From Bacteroidia bacterium (lineage in GTDB: Bacteria > Bacteroidota > Bacteroidia > NS11-12g > UBA9320): DNA of 59,049 nt. The DNA is taken from assembly GCA_047614125.1 (NCBI GenBank), contig JBLHHI010000002.1, forward strand, positions 1-59,049. The letters are read 5' to 3'. The notes under the pieces were generated by a model. It was not told where the DNA came from. It made no database searches and saw only the letters and a program-made list of their open reading frames with translations. Positions 17,646 to 27,238 of this stretch are shown in pieces. The position numbers were made by a program, and so were the translations under genes. The number at the start of each line of letters is the position of its first letter. The first letter of the stretch is position 1.

Positions 17646-20059
17646 TAGAGGATCGAAAATCGTATATAGAAGAGGAAAATGAGGGATTTAACATTCATTC
17701 CATTCTTCTCATTGCTCGCGTTTATTGGCATTTATTTTTCATATCCATCCTGGTTGCCCTGTGCGCGGCTTATCTGATTAACCGCTACACCACACCCAAA
17801 TATTTGATTAAAGCTCAAGTATTGCTCAGCAACGAAAAAAAAGGTGCGGATGGTATGGAACTATTAGGCGGACCCGCCTCTGCTGGCTTTAACCCGTGGG
17901 ATCCAACCTTTGTTAATGACAAAATTCAAATTATTAAGTCGTTCAATTTCCTAGAACCGGTAGTTGATTCATTAAATTTTATGGACATCTACTTTCAACA
18001 AGGTGATGTTCAAGCTACTGAGCTCTACAAGGAAATTCCATACGATATCCATTTCACAAAACTGAGCAAACATATTGAAGGTGCTGAGTTTAAGCTGGAT
18101 TTCTTAAAAGATGGTGTTAACTTAAAAGTGGAATCGGGTAAAAAAGTTTACTTCGATCAAAACATTAAACAGAACGAACAAGTTAATCACGCCTATTTTA
18201 ACTTTTCCATTGGCCTAAGCCCCAACTTTGTTGAGAAGAAAGGTGAATGGAAAGATTTGGCAGGACAGAATCACGTCTTCATTAATCAATCAAAGGATGC
18301 GATTATATCCCAATACGCCAATCGAATATCCATCCAACAGGTTAAAAACACAAAGTCGCTCGAAATGGCGATTATTGAGGAAAATGTTGATAAAGGCATT
18401 GATTTTATTAACACCGTTTCGCAAGCTTTTGTTCAAAAGGGACTGGATGACAAAAACGGATTTTACTCAAATTCGCTCACTTTTATTAACCAAAAATTGT
18501 TGGAGGTTGTTGGCTCACTAGACAGCTTGGAGTTGGACATGCAATTGTTCAAAAAGGTTAAAGGTGTAATTGCTTTGGATGAGCAAGTTAGTGCAAAAAT
18601 TGAAGAGGTTTCGGATTTAGAAAGCCAGAAATACGCACTTCAGTTGTCACTTCAGAGTATTAATTCGATGGAGAACTATATGCAAATGCATACAGATCTT
18701 TCCAACTTGGCACCAGCTACTTCAGGAATTACGGAGCCCTTACTTTTGCCTTTGATAAATGACGTGATCACCGCATACCGTCAATTTGAACTTGTGTCGA
18801 AAGCGTTCACACCAAATCATCCCACCTACGTAAAATTTGAACAATTACTTAAAAATGCCCGAAGGGCCTTGCTGGAAAATACCAGAAATATTAAAACAGA
18901 AATTCAAGCTAGAATTACTGAGTTTAGTCAGAAAATTAGCAGCTTCGACGAAGAGCTAAAATCCGTACCAGAAATCAAGCGGGTTTACATTGGCCTGGAG
19001 CGAAAGGCCAATGTTCAGGAAAAGATCTACCTCCTCATGCTGGAGAAGAAGTTTGAATATGAAATTGGAAAATCAGGAAACACCAGCGATTACTCAATCT
19101 TAAATGAAGCTTATGTTGTTCAACGCACCTCTCCTAAATCGAATCGAAACTATTCCGTAGCCATTATTTGTGCTTTGCTATTTCCCTCCTTGTTTTTATT
19201 TCTAAAGATCTTTTTTGACAATAAAATACGAAGCCGAGAGCAAATAGAACAAAAATCTAAAGTTCCATTTTTGGCAGCCATCCCTCATTACACCGGAGAT
19301 AATCAACTGGTTTTTAAGAAAAATTCAAAATCCATCATTGCAGAATCGTACCGCAATCTTCGTACCTCCATAAGTTATCTCTTACCCAATGACGATGAAC
19401 CGAAAATAATTTTGGTTACAAGTACGATCAGTGGAGAAGGAAAGACCTTTTGCACATTAAACCTAGCACATGTTTTAAGCCTAAGTGATAAAAAAGTAAT
19501 CCTTCTGGGTCTGGATCTGCGCAAGCCTAAACTTCATCTTGAGTTCGACATATCTAATTCAACAGGGTTGAGCAATTGTTTGGTTGGCAAAGCTGCATTA
19601 AAAGATGTAATACTTCCTAGCGGCATTAATAACATCGACATTATTCCATCTGGTCCCATTCCTCCAAACCCCTCAGAGCTCATTTTGAGTGATAAAATGT
19701 TGGAAGTTCTTAATACGTTAAAAAAAGATTACGATTACATCATCTTAGACTCTGCACCTTTGGGTCTTGTTACGGATGCGGTTGATTTAATGCGCCATTG
19801 CGATCTTTGCGTATACATCATGCGTGAAGCGTATACACATGTTAATGCCGTCACCTTCCTGAATGAATTCTACAATAAAAAAGAATTTAACAAACTGGGT
19901 GTTGTTCTAAACGACAGCTCGTATTCCGGAATTAAATACGGTTATGGAGGCCGGGGTAGTTATGGATATGGATATGGATATGGCTATGGCTATGGCTATT
20001 ATTCTGAAGATGCCGAAACCAAAAAGCCATGGTATAAGAAAATGTTGAAAAGAAAATAA
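17642..20059 (+). CDS. wzc: polysaccharide co-polymerase / BY-kinase (Wzc family)
   Basis: 805 aa with an N-terminal Wzz-like domain carrying two TM segments. Walker A TSTISGEGKT, Walker A' LLGLDLRKP, Walker B IILDSAP. The C-terminal Tyr cluster is YGYGGRGSYGYGYGYGYGYGYY. Confidence 0.85.
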   Translation: MIEDRKSYIEEENEGFNIHSILLIARVYWHLFFISILVALCAAYLINRYTTPKYLIKAQVLLSNEKKGADGMELLGGPASAGFNPWDPTFVNDKIQIIKSFNFLEPVVDSLNFMDIYFQQGDVQATELYKEIPYDIHFTKLSKHIEGAEFKLDFLKDGVNLKVESGKKVYFDQNIKQNEQVNHAYFNFSIGLSPNFVEKKGEWKDLAGQNHVFINQSKDAIISQYANRISIQQVKNTKSLEMAIIEENVDKGIDFINTVSQAFVQKGLDDKNGFYSNSLTFINQKLLEVVGSLDSLELDMQLFKKVKGVIALDEQVSAKIEEVSDLESQKYALQLSLQSINSMENYMQMHTDLSNLAPATSGITEPLLLPLINDVITAYRQFELVSKAFTPNHPTYVKFEQLLKNARRALLENTRNIKTEIQARITEFSQKISSFDEELKSVPEIKRVYIGLERKANVQEKIYLLMLEKKFEYEIGKSGNTSDYSILNEAYVVQRTSPKSNRNYSVAIICALLFPSLFLFLKIFFDNKIRSREQIEQKSKVPFLAAIPHYTGDNQLVFKKNSKSIIAESYRNLRTSISYLLPNDDEPKIILVTSTISGEGKTFCTLNLAHVLSLSDKKVILLGLDLRKPKLHLEFDISNSTGLSNCLVGKAALKDVILPSGINNIDIIPSGPIPPNPSELILSDKMLEVLNTLKKDYDYIILDSAPLGLVTDAVDLMRHCDLCVYIMREAYTHVNAVTFLNEFYNKKEFNKLGVVLNDSSYSGIKYGYGGRGSYGYGYGYGYGYGYYSEDAETKKPWYKKMLKRK
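19961..20002 (+). repeat. (TATGGA)3(TATGGC)3TATTAT hexanucleotide repeat encoding the (YG)6YY tyrosine cluster
   Basis: Read directly from the sequence: tatggatatggatatggatatggctatggctatggctattat. Confidence 0.95.
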
Positions 20060-20091
20060 TCACCTCCTCTCCCACTTCTGTCATTTAACAG

Positions 20092-20099
20092 TATCTTTG
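20092..20099 (+). promoter_or_regulatory. -7 promoter box TATCTTTG (perfect TAnnTTTG), internal to the locus
   Basis: It lies in the 68-nt gap after the wzc stop, 29 nt upstream of the GTG at 20128. A 7-bp hairpin (CTCAGTC 20113-20119 / GACTGAG 20130-20136) spans the start codon. Confidence 0.5.
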
Positions 20100-20127
20100 A
20101 GTAATAATTGTACTCAGTCTGTGATAT

Positions 20128-20721
20128 GTGACTGAGGTGGCGAAGCTCCGTAACGCGGGCACATTCCTTTCAAATCTACGCTTCTTGTTAGAATCTCTCA
20201 TTACCTCCAAAACCCGCATAAAGCTGCTCGTTCGACTTTTCCTTAACCCAAACACCAAGGGCTATTTGCGAGGTTTAGCTGAAGAATTCTCGGAAAGCAC
20301 AAATTCAGTTCGCATAGAATTGAACAGGTTGGAGGCTGCCGGAATGTTGAGCAGCGAATTGAGTGGAAATCGAAAGCTCTTCCGTGCAAATACCAAACAT
20401 CCCCTATTTCCAGAAATTCACAACATTTTGAAAAAAATGATTGGCATTGATGAGATTATTTCCAGAGTGTTAAGCCGTCTGGGTGGGCTTGATTCTGCCT
20501 ATTTAACCGGTCAGTTGGCCGAAGGAAGGGATCAAGATCTTATTGACCTTGTTTTAGTAGGCACTGAGATTAATACGGATTACTTACACGACTTGGTGAG
20601 AAAAGGAGAAGGCATTATTAAGCGCCGAATACGAACCATTTGCATGAGTTTAGAAGAATTTGAGGTTTGGAAACTCACGTGGTCGGAAAATTTATTGTTG
20701 CTTTGGCAATCGAGTACATAA
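20128..20721 (+). CDS. winged-helix (ArsR-like) DNA-binding protein with an uncharacterised C-terminal domain
   Basis: The N-terminal LITSKTRIKLLVRLFLNPNTKGYLRGLAEEFSESTNSVRIELNRLEAAGML fits a wHTH. The C-terminal half (LTGQLAEGRDQDLIDLVLVG...) faintly resembles a minimal nucleotidyltransferase fold. The GTG start is uncertain. Confidence 0.6.
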   Translation: MTEVAKLRNAGTFLSNLRFLLESLITSKTRIKLLVRLFLNPNTKGYLRGLAEEFSESTNSVRIELNRLEAAGMLSSELSGNRKLFRANTKHPLFPEIHNILKKMIGIDEIISRVLSRLGGLDSAYLTGQLAEGRDQDLIDLVLVGTEINTDYLHDLVRKGEGIIKRRIRTICMSLEEFEVWKLTWSENLLLLWQSST

Positions 20722-20750
20722 AATCACAAAGCTGATAAGAAAAATGTAAT

Positions 20751-22034
20751 ATGATACAGGCTCCTAAAATTACTTTAATCGGGTTGGGATATGTTGGCCT
20801 TCCTTTGGCAGTTGAATTTTCGAAGAAATTTCCGGTAGTCGGCTTCGACATTAACCCAGACCGAATTGCACAATTAAATCAGGGTGAGGACAAGACACTT
20901 GAAGTAGATTCGGAACACTTAAAAAGTGTTTTGGTTAAATCACATTCGGGTGGATTGGGACTCATCTGTTCCAACGAGTTGGACGCTATTCAAGATTCGA
21001 ATGTCTACATTATTACCGTTCCAACGCCGGTTGATCAATTTCATAAACCGGATTTAACGCCGCTCATTAAGGCCAGCGAAACCGTAGGCAAAGTTTTAAC
21101 CAAGGGAGACGTTGTGATTTATGAATCAACGGTTTATCCGGGTGCTACGGAAGAAGACTGCATTCCAATTTTAGAAAAAGTAAGTGGATTTACGTACAAC
21201 GTCGATTTTTTTGCTGGATATTCGCCGGAGCGAATCAATCCGGGCGACAAAGAGCATACGGTTACTAAAATCAAGAAGGTTACGAGTGGTTCAACACCCG
21301 AAGCCGGACAATTTGTTAACAATTTATATGCTTCCATCATCGTTGCCGGTACGCACCTTGCTCCTACCATTCGAGTTGCAGAAGCCGCCAAAGTAATTGA
21401 AAATAGTCAGCGCGATATAAACATTGCCTTTGTAAACGAACTGGCAAAGATTTTTAATCGCATGGACATCGATACGCATGCCGTACTGGAAGCTGCCGGA
21501 ACCAAATGGAACTTTTTAGCATTTAAACCCGGATTAGTGGGCGGGCATTGCATTGGCGTTGACCCATACTACTTGGCTCAAAAAGCCGAGCAAGTGGGGT
21601 ATCACCCCGAAATCATTTTGGCTGGTAGGCGATTAAACGACAGCATGGGTGGATATGTGGCATCTGAAACGGTTAAACTCATGATCAAAAAGGGTATTAC
21701 CATCAAAGACTCAAAAGTTTTGATGTTGGGAATAACATTCAAAGAGAATTGTCCGGATATACGCAATACGCGTGCCATCGACATCTATGAGGAACTTACC
21801 GACTATGGACTAATTGTGGATGTTTATGACCCATGGGCATCGGCAACGGAAGTAAAACACGAATACAATTTAGACATGTTGCCGAACAAACCAAATGCCC
21901 TTGATTATCAATGTATTATACTTGCAGTAGCCCACAAAGAATTTGCTGAATTTCCACTTGTGAAATCTGAAACTCGCGTGATATACGATGTTAAAGCAAT
22001 ACTGGATCGCTCGCAAGTGGATGGGCGGTTGTAA
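20751..22034 (+). CDS. nucleotide-sugar 6-dehydrogenase, TviB/WbpO-like (UDP-N-acetylhexosamine dehydrogenase type)
   Basis: Rossmann motif [10 protein letters not shown], catalytic Cys context [13 protein letters not shown], 427 aa. The overall N-terminal pattern ([21 protein letters not shown]) is as I recall for the TviB/WbpO/CapL subgroup. Confidence 0.75.
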   Translation: MIQAPKITLIGLGYVGLPLAVEFSKKFPVVGFDINPDRIAQLNQGEDKTLEVDSEHLKSVLVKSHSGGLGLICSNELDAIQDSNVYIITVPTPVDQFHKPDLTPLIKASETVGKVLTKGDVVIYESTVYPGATEEDCIPILEKVSGFTYNVDFFAGYSPERINPGDKEHTVTKIKKVTSGSTPEAGQFVNNLYASIIVAGTHLAPTIRVAEAAKVIENSQRDINIAFVNELAKIFNRMDIDTHAVLEAAGTKWNFLAFKPGLVGGHCIGVDPYYLAQKAEQVGYHPEIILAGRRLNDSMGGYVASETVKLMIKKGITIKDSKVLMLGITFKENCPDIRNTRAIDIYEELTDYGLIVDVYDPWASATEVKHEYNLDMLPNKPNALDYQCIILAVAHKEFAEFPLVKSETRVIYDVKAILDRSQVDGRL

Positions 22035-22076
22035 CCCCATTTTTCACTTTTAGCCTATTTAAAAAAGAAAAAAGTA

Positions 22077-23126
22077 ATGAAGGTATTAGTTACTGGTACA
22101 GCAGGATTCATAGGGTTTCATGTGGCAAACCGTTTGATTAAAGAAGGGTATGATGTGGTTGGTCTTGATTCCATAAATGACTACTATGATGTAGACTTAA
22201 AGCTGAATCGACTAAAAAACGCTGGTATTGACGTTCTTCCGGTGGTTTGGAATGAAATATTAGAAAGTTCATTGCATCCCAATTATCGCTTCATCCGAAT
22301 GAAGATGGAAGACAAAACGGCGATGAATGAGCTGTTTGAGCGAGAAAAATTTGATGTAGTGATCAACTTGGCAGCACAAGCTGGGGTTCGTTTTTCACTC
22401 ACAAATCCACATGCGTATTTAGAAAGCAATATGTTGGGATTCTTAAACATCTTAGAAGCCAGCCGCTATTCAGAAGTAAAACATTTAATTTATGCATCCA
22501 GTTCTTCGGTCTACGGATTAAACACGAATGTTCCTTTTTCTGTGCAAGAATCTGTTGATCATCCAATTAGCTTATACGCCGCAAGCAAAAAGAGCAACGA
22601 ATTAATGGCACATACCTACAGTCATTTGTTTGGCCTACCAACAACAGGACTTCGGTTCTTTACAGTTTATGGTCCGTGGGGAAGACCCGATATGGCCTTG
22701 TTCATTTTTGCCAAAGCCATGTTGGCCGACGAAGAATTTGAAGTATACAACTACGGCGATATGAGTCGAGATTTTACGTACATCGACGACATCGTGGAAA
22801 GCATAAAACGCTTAATACCCAAGGCACCTAAACCCAATCCAAACTACGATCATTCCAAGCCAAACCCCGCTGAAAGTTCAGCGCCTTATCAGTTATTTAA
22901 CATTGGCAACAACAGTCCCGTCTCCTTAATGGAGTTTATTGAGGCCATCGAAAAAAGCTTGGGAAAGAAAGGACGCCGAAAAATGATGCCCTTGCAAGCG
23001 GGAGATGTAACCAAAACCTATGCTCAAGTGCAAAGCTTGTTCGATTACGTCGATTTCAAACCAAATACGAAAATTGAAGACGGCATTGAACAATTTATGA
23101 AATGGTATAAAAATTATTATAAATAA
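22077..23126 (+). CDS. NAD-dependent nucleotide-sugar (uronate) 4-epimerase, TviC/CapI-like extended SDR
   Basis: GTAGFIGFH Rossmann motif, SSSSVYG, YAASK (YxxxK). The N-terminal pattern GLDSINDYYDVDLKLNRL is typical of UDP-glucuronate / GlcNAcA 4-epimerases. Confidence 0.7.
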   Translation: MKVLVTGTAGFIGFHVANRLIKEGYDVVGLDSINDYYDVDLKLNRLKNAGIDVLPVVWNEILESSLHPNYRFIRMKMEDKTAMNELFEREKFDVVINLAAQAGVRFSLTNPHAYLESNMLGFLNILEASRYSEVKHLIYASSSSVYGLNTNVPFSVQESVDHPISLYAASKKSNELMAHTYSHLFGLPTTGLRFFTVYGPWGRPDMALFIFAKAMLADEEFEVYNYGDMSRDFTYIDDIVESIKRLIPKAPKPNPNYDHSKPNPAESSAPYQLFNIGNNSPVSLMEFIEAIEKSLGKKGRRKMMPLQAGDVTKTYAQVQSLFDYVDFKPNTKIEDGIEQFMKWYKNYYK

Positions 23127-23129
23127 AAC

Positions 23130-24128
23130 ATGAATTCACTCAAAAATTCAAAAATATTAGTCATCGGTGGAGCCGGTTTTATTGGCGGCTTTGTAGTATC
23201 TGAACTTCTTAAGTACCCCGTTAAAGAAGTTATTATATACGACAACTTCGCAAGAGGCAAGATGGAAAACATAGAAGCCTCGCTTCAAGATGAACGGTGC
23301 AGCATTTATCCTTTTGGTGGTGATGTGCGCGAAATTGACATCTTAAATTCCGCGATGGAAGGTGTTGACTACGTCTTTCATTTAGCAGCCATGTGGTTGC
23401 TCCATTGTAAAGATTTTCCAAGAACCGCCTTTGATGTTAATATCAACGGCACCTTTAACGTTTTGGAAGCGTGCGTTAAAAACAAGGTTAAAAAACTCAT
23501 TTACTCTTCATCAGCGTCTGTTTATGGTGATGCGATTGAAGTACCAATGACCGAAGACCACCCATTCAATAATCGGAATTTTTACGGATCTACAAAAATC
23601 GCTGGCGAAACCATGTGCACAGCCTTTAATGACCGCTATGGTTTGGAGGTAATAGGTTTAAGATACATGAATGTGTATGGACCAGGCCAAGATCAACATG
23701 CTGTTTACAGTGGTGTTGTACCCATAATGCTCAACAAAATTGAAGCAAACGAACAGCCCGTAATTAACGGAGATGGCAGCCAAGCGTACGACTTTATTTA
23801 TGTTGAAGACGTTGCCCGCTGCAACATTGCTGCCTTAGAAAGCAGCACGAAGTTTGGGTATTACAATGTAGGAACAGAGGTGCAAACTACCATCAAACAA
23901 CTTTGCGACACCATTCTTTTGCTTAAGTCGTCGGAATTGGAAGTAAAATATGTTCCATATAGTGAAGATGACGCGCGACAGTTGGTGCAAAACCGAATTG
24001 GTTCTCGTAAAAAAGCAGAAGAGGAAATTGACTTTTTATACAAGTATTCGCTCGAACAAGGTCTTCAGAAACTAATTGATTGGCGCATTTCGATGGGTAT
24101 AGATCAAGCTGTTGAACAAGCCATTTAA
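23130..24128 (+). CDS. NAD-dependent epimerase/dehydratase (extended SDR)
   Basis: GGAGFIGG, SSSASVYG and YGSTK motifs. The specificity cannot be called from the sequence. Confidence 0.7.
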   Translation: MNSLKNSKILVIGGAGFIGGFVVSELLKYPVKEVIIYDNFARGKMENIEASLQDERCSIYPFGGDVREIDILNSAMEGVDYVFHLAAMWLLHCKDFPRTAFDVNINGTFNVLEACVKNKVKKLIYSSSASVYGDAIEVPMTEDHPFNNRNFYGSTKIAGETMCTAFNDRYGLEVIGLRYMNVYGPGQDQHAVYSGVVPIMLNKIEANEQPVINGDGSQAYDFIYVEDVARCNIAALESSTKFGYYNVGTEVQTTIKQLCDTILLLKSSELEVKYVPYSEDDARQLVQNRIGSRKKAEEEIDFLYKYSLEQGLQKLIDWRISMGIDQAVEQAI

Positions 24129-24169
24129 TTCGTAACCATCTCAGAAACTACCTAAGAGCTTTTAGTAAT

Positions 24170-25309
24170 ATGGAAAAAAGAAACATACCCATTTCTTTAC
24201 CAGTAACTGGTGAAGAAGAATGGCATGCGGCCAAAGAACCATTAATGACCGGTTGGTTGACCAGCGGACCGAAGGTTCGAGAATTTGAAGAAAACTTTGC
24301 AAAACGACATGGTGTTAAACACGCACTTGCCGTAACCAGTGCCACCACTGCGCTACACTTAGCATGTGTTGCACTAAACGTTGGTCCTGGTGATGAGGTA
24401 ATTGTACCGGCGTTTACGTGGGTTTCTACCGCAAATGTAGTATTGTACTGTGGTGCCACTGTTGTGTTTGCGGATGTAGATCCAAAAACATTTAACATAG
24501 ATCCACAAGATCTTGCAAAACGCATTACGCCTAAAACCAAGGCCATTATTCCGGTACATCTATTTGGATTATGTGCCAACATGGATGACATTAAAAAAGT
24601 AGCTGGAAACATTCCACTTATTGAAGATGGAGCCTGTGCAGCAGGTGCGTCTTACAAGGGGGTTTCTGCCGGCGCTTTGGGCGATATTGGTTGCTTTTCC
24701 TTCCATCCAAGAAAATCTATAACCACCGGAGAAGGTGGAATGATTACCACCAACAACGACGCATTGGCAGAACACATGGGTATGCTTCGAAATCACGGAG
24801 CCTCCATATCTGAAGAGCAAAGACATCATGGCCCTCGGCCGTACATCTTGGCAGATTTCAATATGATGGGCTTCAACTACCGAATGACGGATATGCAAGG
24901 AGCCATCGGCGTGGTTCAATTGTCGAAATTGGATACCTTCATTAATGAGCGCGATAAGTGGGCCAATTTTTACAAGAAAGAATTGGCAGATTTGGATTGG
25001 CTTCAATTGCCAACTTTTGGTTCTGATTATAAACACGGATGGCAATCGTTTGTATGTTTAGTGGATGAAGAAAAGGCGCCAATGAGCCGAAACGACTTGA
25101 TGGAATACTTACAAGAGTGTGGTATTTCCACACGCCCTGGAACGCATGCCGTTCACATGCTTAACTTTTATAAGGATTTATACAACATCCAACCATCCGA
25201 CTATCCTGGGGCGCAAATTGCCAATGATCGATCGATGGCCATTCCATTACACAATCGAATGGTAGAGGAAGATTATCTATATGTAGTTGCTAAATTAAAG
25301 ATGATTTAG
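24170..25309 (+). CDS. DegT/DnrJ/EryC1/StrS-family PLP-dependent sugar aminotransferase
   Basis: The PLP-lysine context FSFHPRKSITTGEGG. The N-terminal LTSGPKVREFEENFA pattern is also present. Confidence 0.85.
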   Translation: MEKRNIPISLPVTGEEEWHAAKEPLMTGWLTSGPKVREFEENFAKRHGVKHALAVTSATTALHLACVALNVGPGDEVIVPAFTWVSTANVVLYCGATVVFADVDPKTFNIDPQDLAKRITPKTKAIIPVHLFGLCANMDDIKKVAGNIPLIEDGACAAGASYKGVSAGALGDIGCFSFHPRKSITTGEGGMITTNNDALAEHMGMLRNHGASISEEQRHHGPRPYILADFNMMGFNYRMTDMQGAIGVVQLSKLDTFINERDKWANFYKKELADLDWLQLPTFGSDYKHGWQSFVCLVDEEKAPMSRNDLMEYLQECGISTRPGTHAVHMLNFYKDLYNIQPSDYPGAQIANDRSMAIPLHNRMVEEDYLYVVAKLKMI

Positions 25310-25345
25310 TAATGTTTGAAACCAAAATTTTAGCTTTAGCAAAAA

Positions 25346-27238
25346 ATGTGTGGTTTAGCCGGTATATATAATTTAGATGGGCAATCGGTTAATTCCGATG
25401 TGCTCGAAAAAATGAGCCTAAAGTTGGCGCATCGAGGACCGGACGATCACGATCTCTATGCTTCGGATGAAGTTGGGCTGGCGCATCGCAGACTTTCAAT
25501 CTTAGATTTAAGTGAAAAAGGGAAGCAACCTATGACATCTTCCAATGGGAAATGGATCGTTGTTTTTAATGGTTGCATTTACAATTACAAGGAGCTAAAG
25601 AAAGAACTTGAAAAAACAGGTATTCAATTCAAATCAACCACTGATACCGAAGTTATTTGCGAGGGTTTAAACGCATATGGACCGGATATTATAAAGCGAT
25701 TTAACGGAATGTTTGCTATTGCTGCATGGAATACGGAAGAAAAAACGTTGCTTTTGGCGCGTGATCGGTTTGGAGTAAAACCGCTTTACTACTTCTTTAA
25801 TGGTAAATCATTGCTGTTTGCATCCGAGATAAAAGCAATTATGGAACATCCCAGCTATAAAATTGGGGTGGATACAAATGCGCTAAACGAATATTTTTCG
25901 TTTCAAAACATGTTCACGTACCGTACGCTTTTTAAAGGAATTACGATGCTCCCTCCCGCAAATACGATAACCATGAATCGGGAAAGTGCTTTTGTAAAAC
26001 ATCAAAGTTGGTGGGATTACAATTACACGCAAACCGATGAAAACATGTCGTTTAAAGACGCGGTGAGTGAAACAAAGCGGCTTTTCGAACAAGCGGTTGA
26101 ACGTCAAATGGTGGCTGATGTTCCGGTGGGTTCATACTTATCTGGCGGAATGGACTCCGGTTCAATAACGGCTGTAGCTTCAAAGCACATACCTCGAATG
26201 ACCACTTTTACGTGTGGTTTCGATATGAGTGAGGTAACGGGAGTTGAAGCAAACTACGATGAGCGAAGAGATGCAGAACTCATGGCCAATCACTTTAAAA
26301 CCGAGCATTATGAGCAAATAATTAATGCAGGAGATTTGGGATGGTCGCTTCCTCGAGTGGTATACCATTTGGAAGACTTGCGCGTAGGCATGTCTTACCC
26401 CAACTATTACATCTCTCGACTTGCTAGCAAATTTGTAAAAGTTTGTTTGCAAGGCACAGGTGGCGATGAGCTCTTTGGTGGATATCCATGGCGCTACTAC
26501 CGCGTTTTCAAGTCGTTGAATCAAAAAGAATTTTTCGACAGCTATTATGGCTTTTGGCAACGATTGGTTCAAGACGAGGATAAGTCTTCTCTATTCCAAT
26601 CATCTGTACTAAATAAAGTGGATCTTCAAGAACCCAGAAAGGTTTTTGAGCGTGTTTTTACCTTTAACGAAACGTTAAACTACGCAAGTCCAGAAGACCA
26701 CATAAACAATTCATTGTACTTCGAAAGTAAGACCTTCCTTCCTGGACTCCTTCTAGTTGGAGACAAGCTTTCTATGGCCAATGGGTTGGAGGAGCGTTTC
26801 CCCTTCCTTGACAATGACCTAGTTGATTTTGCACAAACCATTCCGGTGAGGCACAAACTTGGTAATTTGGAGCAGCAGTTGCGTGTAGACGAGAATGAAT
26901 TTCGCAATAAACAGCGTGTTTATCAAGAATTTAACGACGGGAAAAATGTGCTTAGAAAGGCCATGAAGTCGTTCATACCTGAACGCATCATCAATCGAAA
27001 AAAACAAGGGTTTTCGGCTCCTGACGCAAGCTGGTACCGAGGTGAAAACTCGAACTATATAAAAGATCTTTTGTTGCAGAAGAACACAGTGAGTTCCGAG
27101 TTTATTTCACCCAAGTTTGTTGAAAAAATTGTAGATGAACACATCAATCAAAAGATTAACCATCGCCTTCTCATTTGGAGCTTAATGAACTTTGAATGGT
27201 GGTGTAGAATTTTCTTAAATGGCGAATCAGTTGAATAA
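25346..27238 (+). CDS. asnB: glutamine-hydrolysing asparagine-synthase-family amidotransferase
   Basis: Ntn nucleophile MCGLAGI (Cys2), RDRFGVKPLYY and the PP-loop SGGMDSGS. 630 aa. Confidence 0.85.
   Translation: MCGLAGIYNLDGQSVNSDVLEKMSLKLAHRGPDDHDLYASDEVGLAHRRLSILDLSEKGKQPMTSSNGKWIVVFNGCIYNYKELKKELEKTGIQFKSTTDTEVICEGLNAYGPDIIKRFNGMFAIAAWNTEEKTLLLARDRFGVKPLYYFFNGKSLLFASEIKAIMEHPSYKIGVDTNALNEYFSFQNMFTYRTLFKGITMLPPANTITMNRESAFVKHQSWWDYNYTQTDENMSFKDAVSETKRLFEQAVERQMVADVPVGSYLSGGMDSGSITAVASKHIPRMTTFTCGFDMSEVTGVEANYDERRDAELMANHFKTEHYEQIINAGDLGWSLPRVVYHLEDLRVGMSYPNYYISRLASKFVKVCLQGTGGDELFGGYPWRYYRVFKSLNQKEFFDSYYGFWQRLVQDEDKSSLFQSSVLNKVDLQEPRKVFERVFTFNETLNYASPEDHINNSLYFESKTFLPGLLLVGDKLSMANGLEERFPFLDNDLVDFAQTIPVRHKLGNLEQQLRVDENEFRNKQRVYQEFNDGKNVLRKAMKSFIPERIINRKKQGFSAPDASWYRGENSNYIKDLLLQKNTVSSEFISPKFVEKIVDEHINQKINHRLLIWSLMNFEWWCRIFLNGESVE

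Noticed and set aside
7011-20002. Short tandem repeats ((ACC)n, (TATGGN)n) as a possible CRISPR array or other repeat array
   Set aside because: They are unit-length 3 and 6 nt repeats without spacers and lie in frame inside coding sequences. No repeat-spacer architecture exists anywhere in the window.
24148-25045. Two antisense ORFs (154 and 158 aa) opposite the DegT aminotransferase gene
   Set aside because: There are no recognisable motifs. They overlap a strongly supported gene (PLP-lysine motif) in a locus where all other genes are on the + strand.
25346-27238. The AsnB homologue as a housekeeping asparagine synthetase
   Set aside because: It is embedded and translationally linked within the polysaccharide locus, next to uronic-acid-forming enzymes. 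AsnB paralogues in such loci are generally assigned to glycan amidation. Housekeeping function cannot be formally excluded without genetics.
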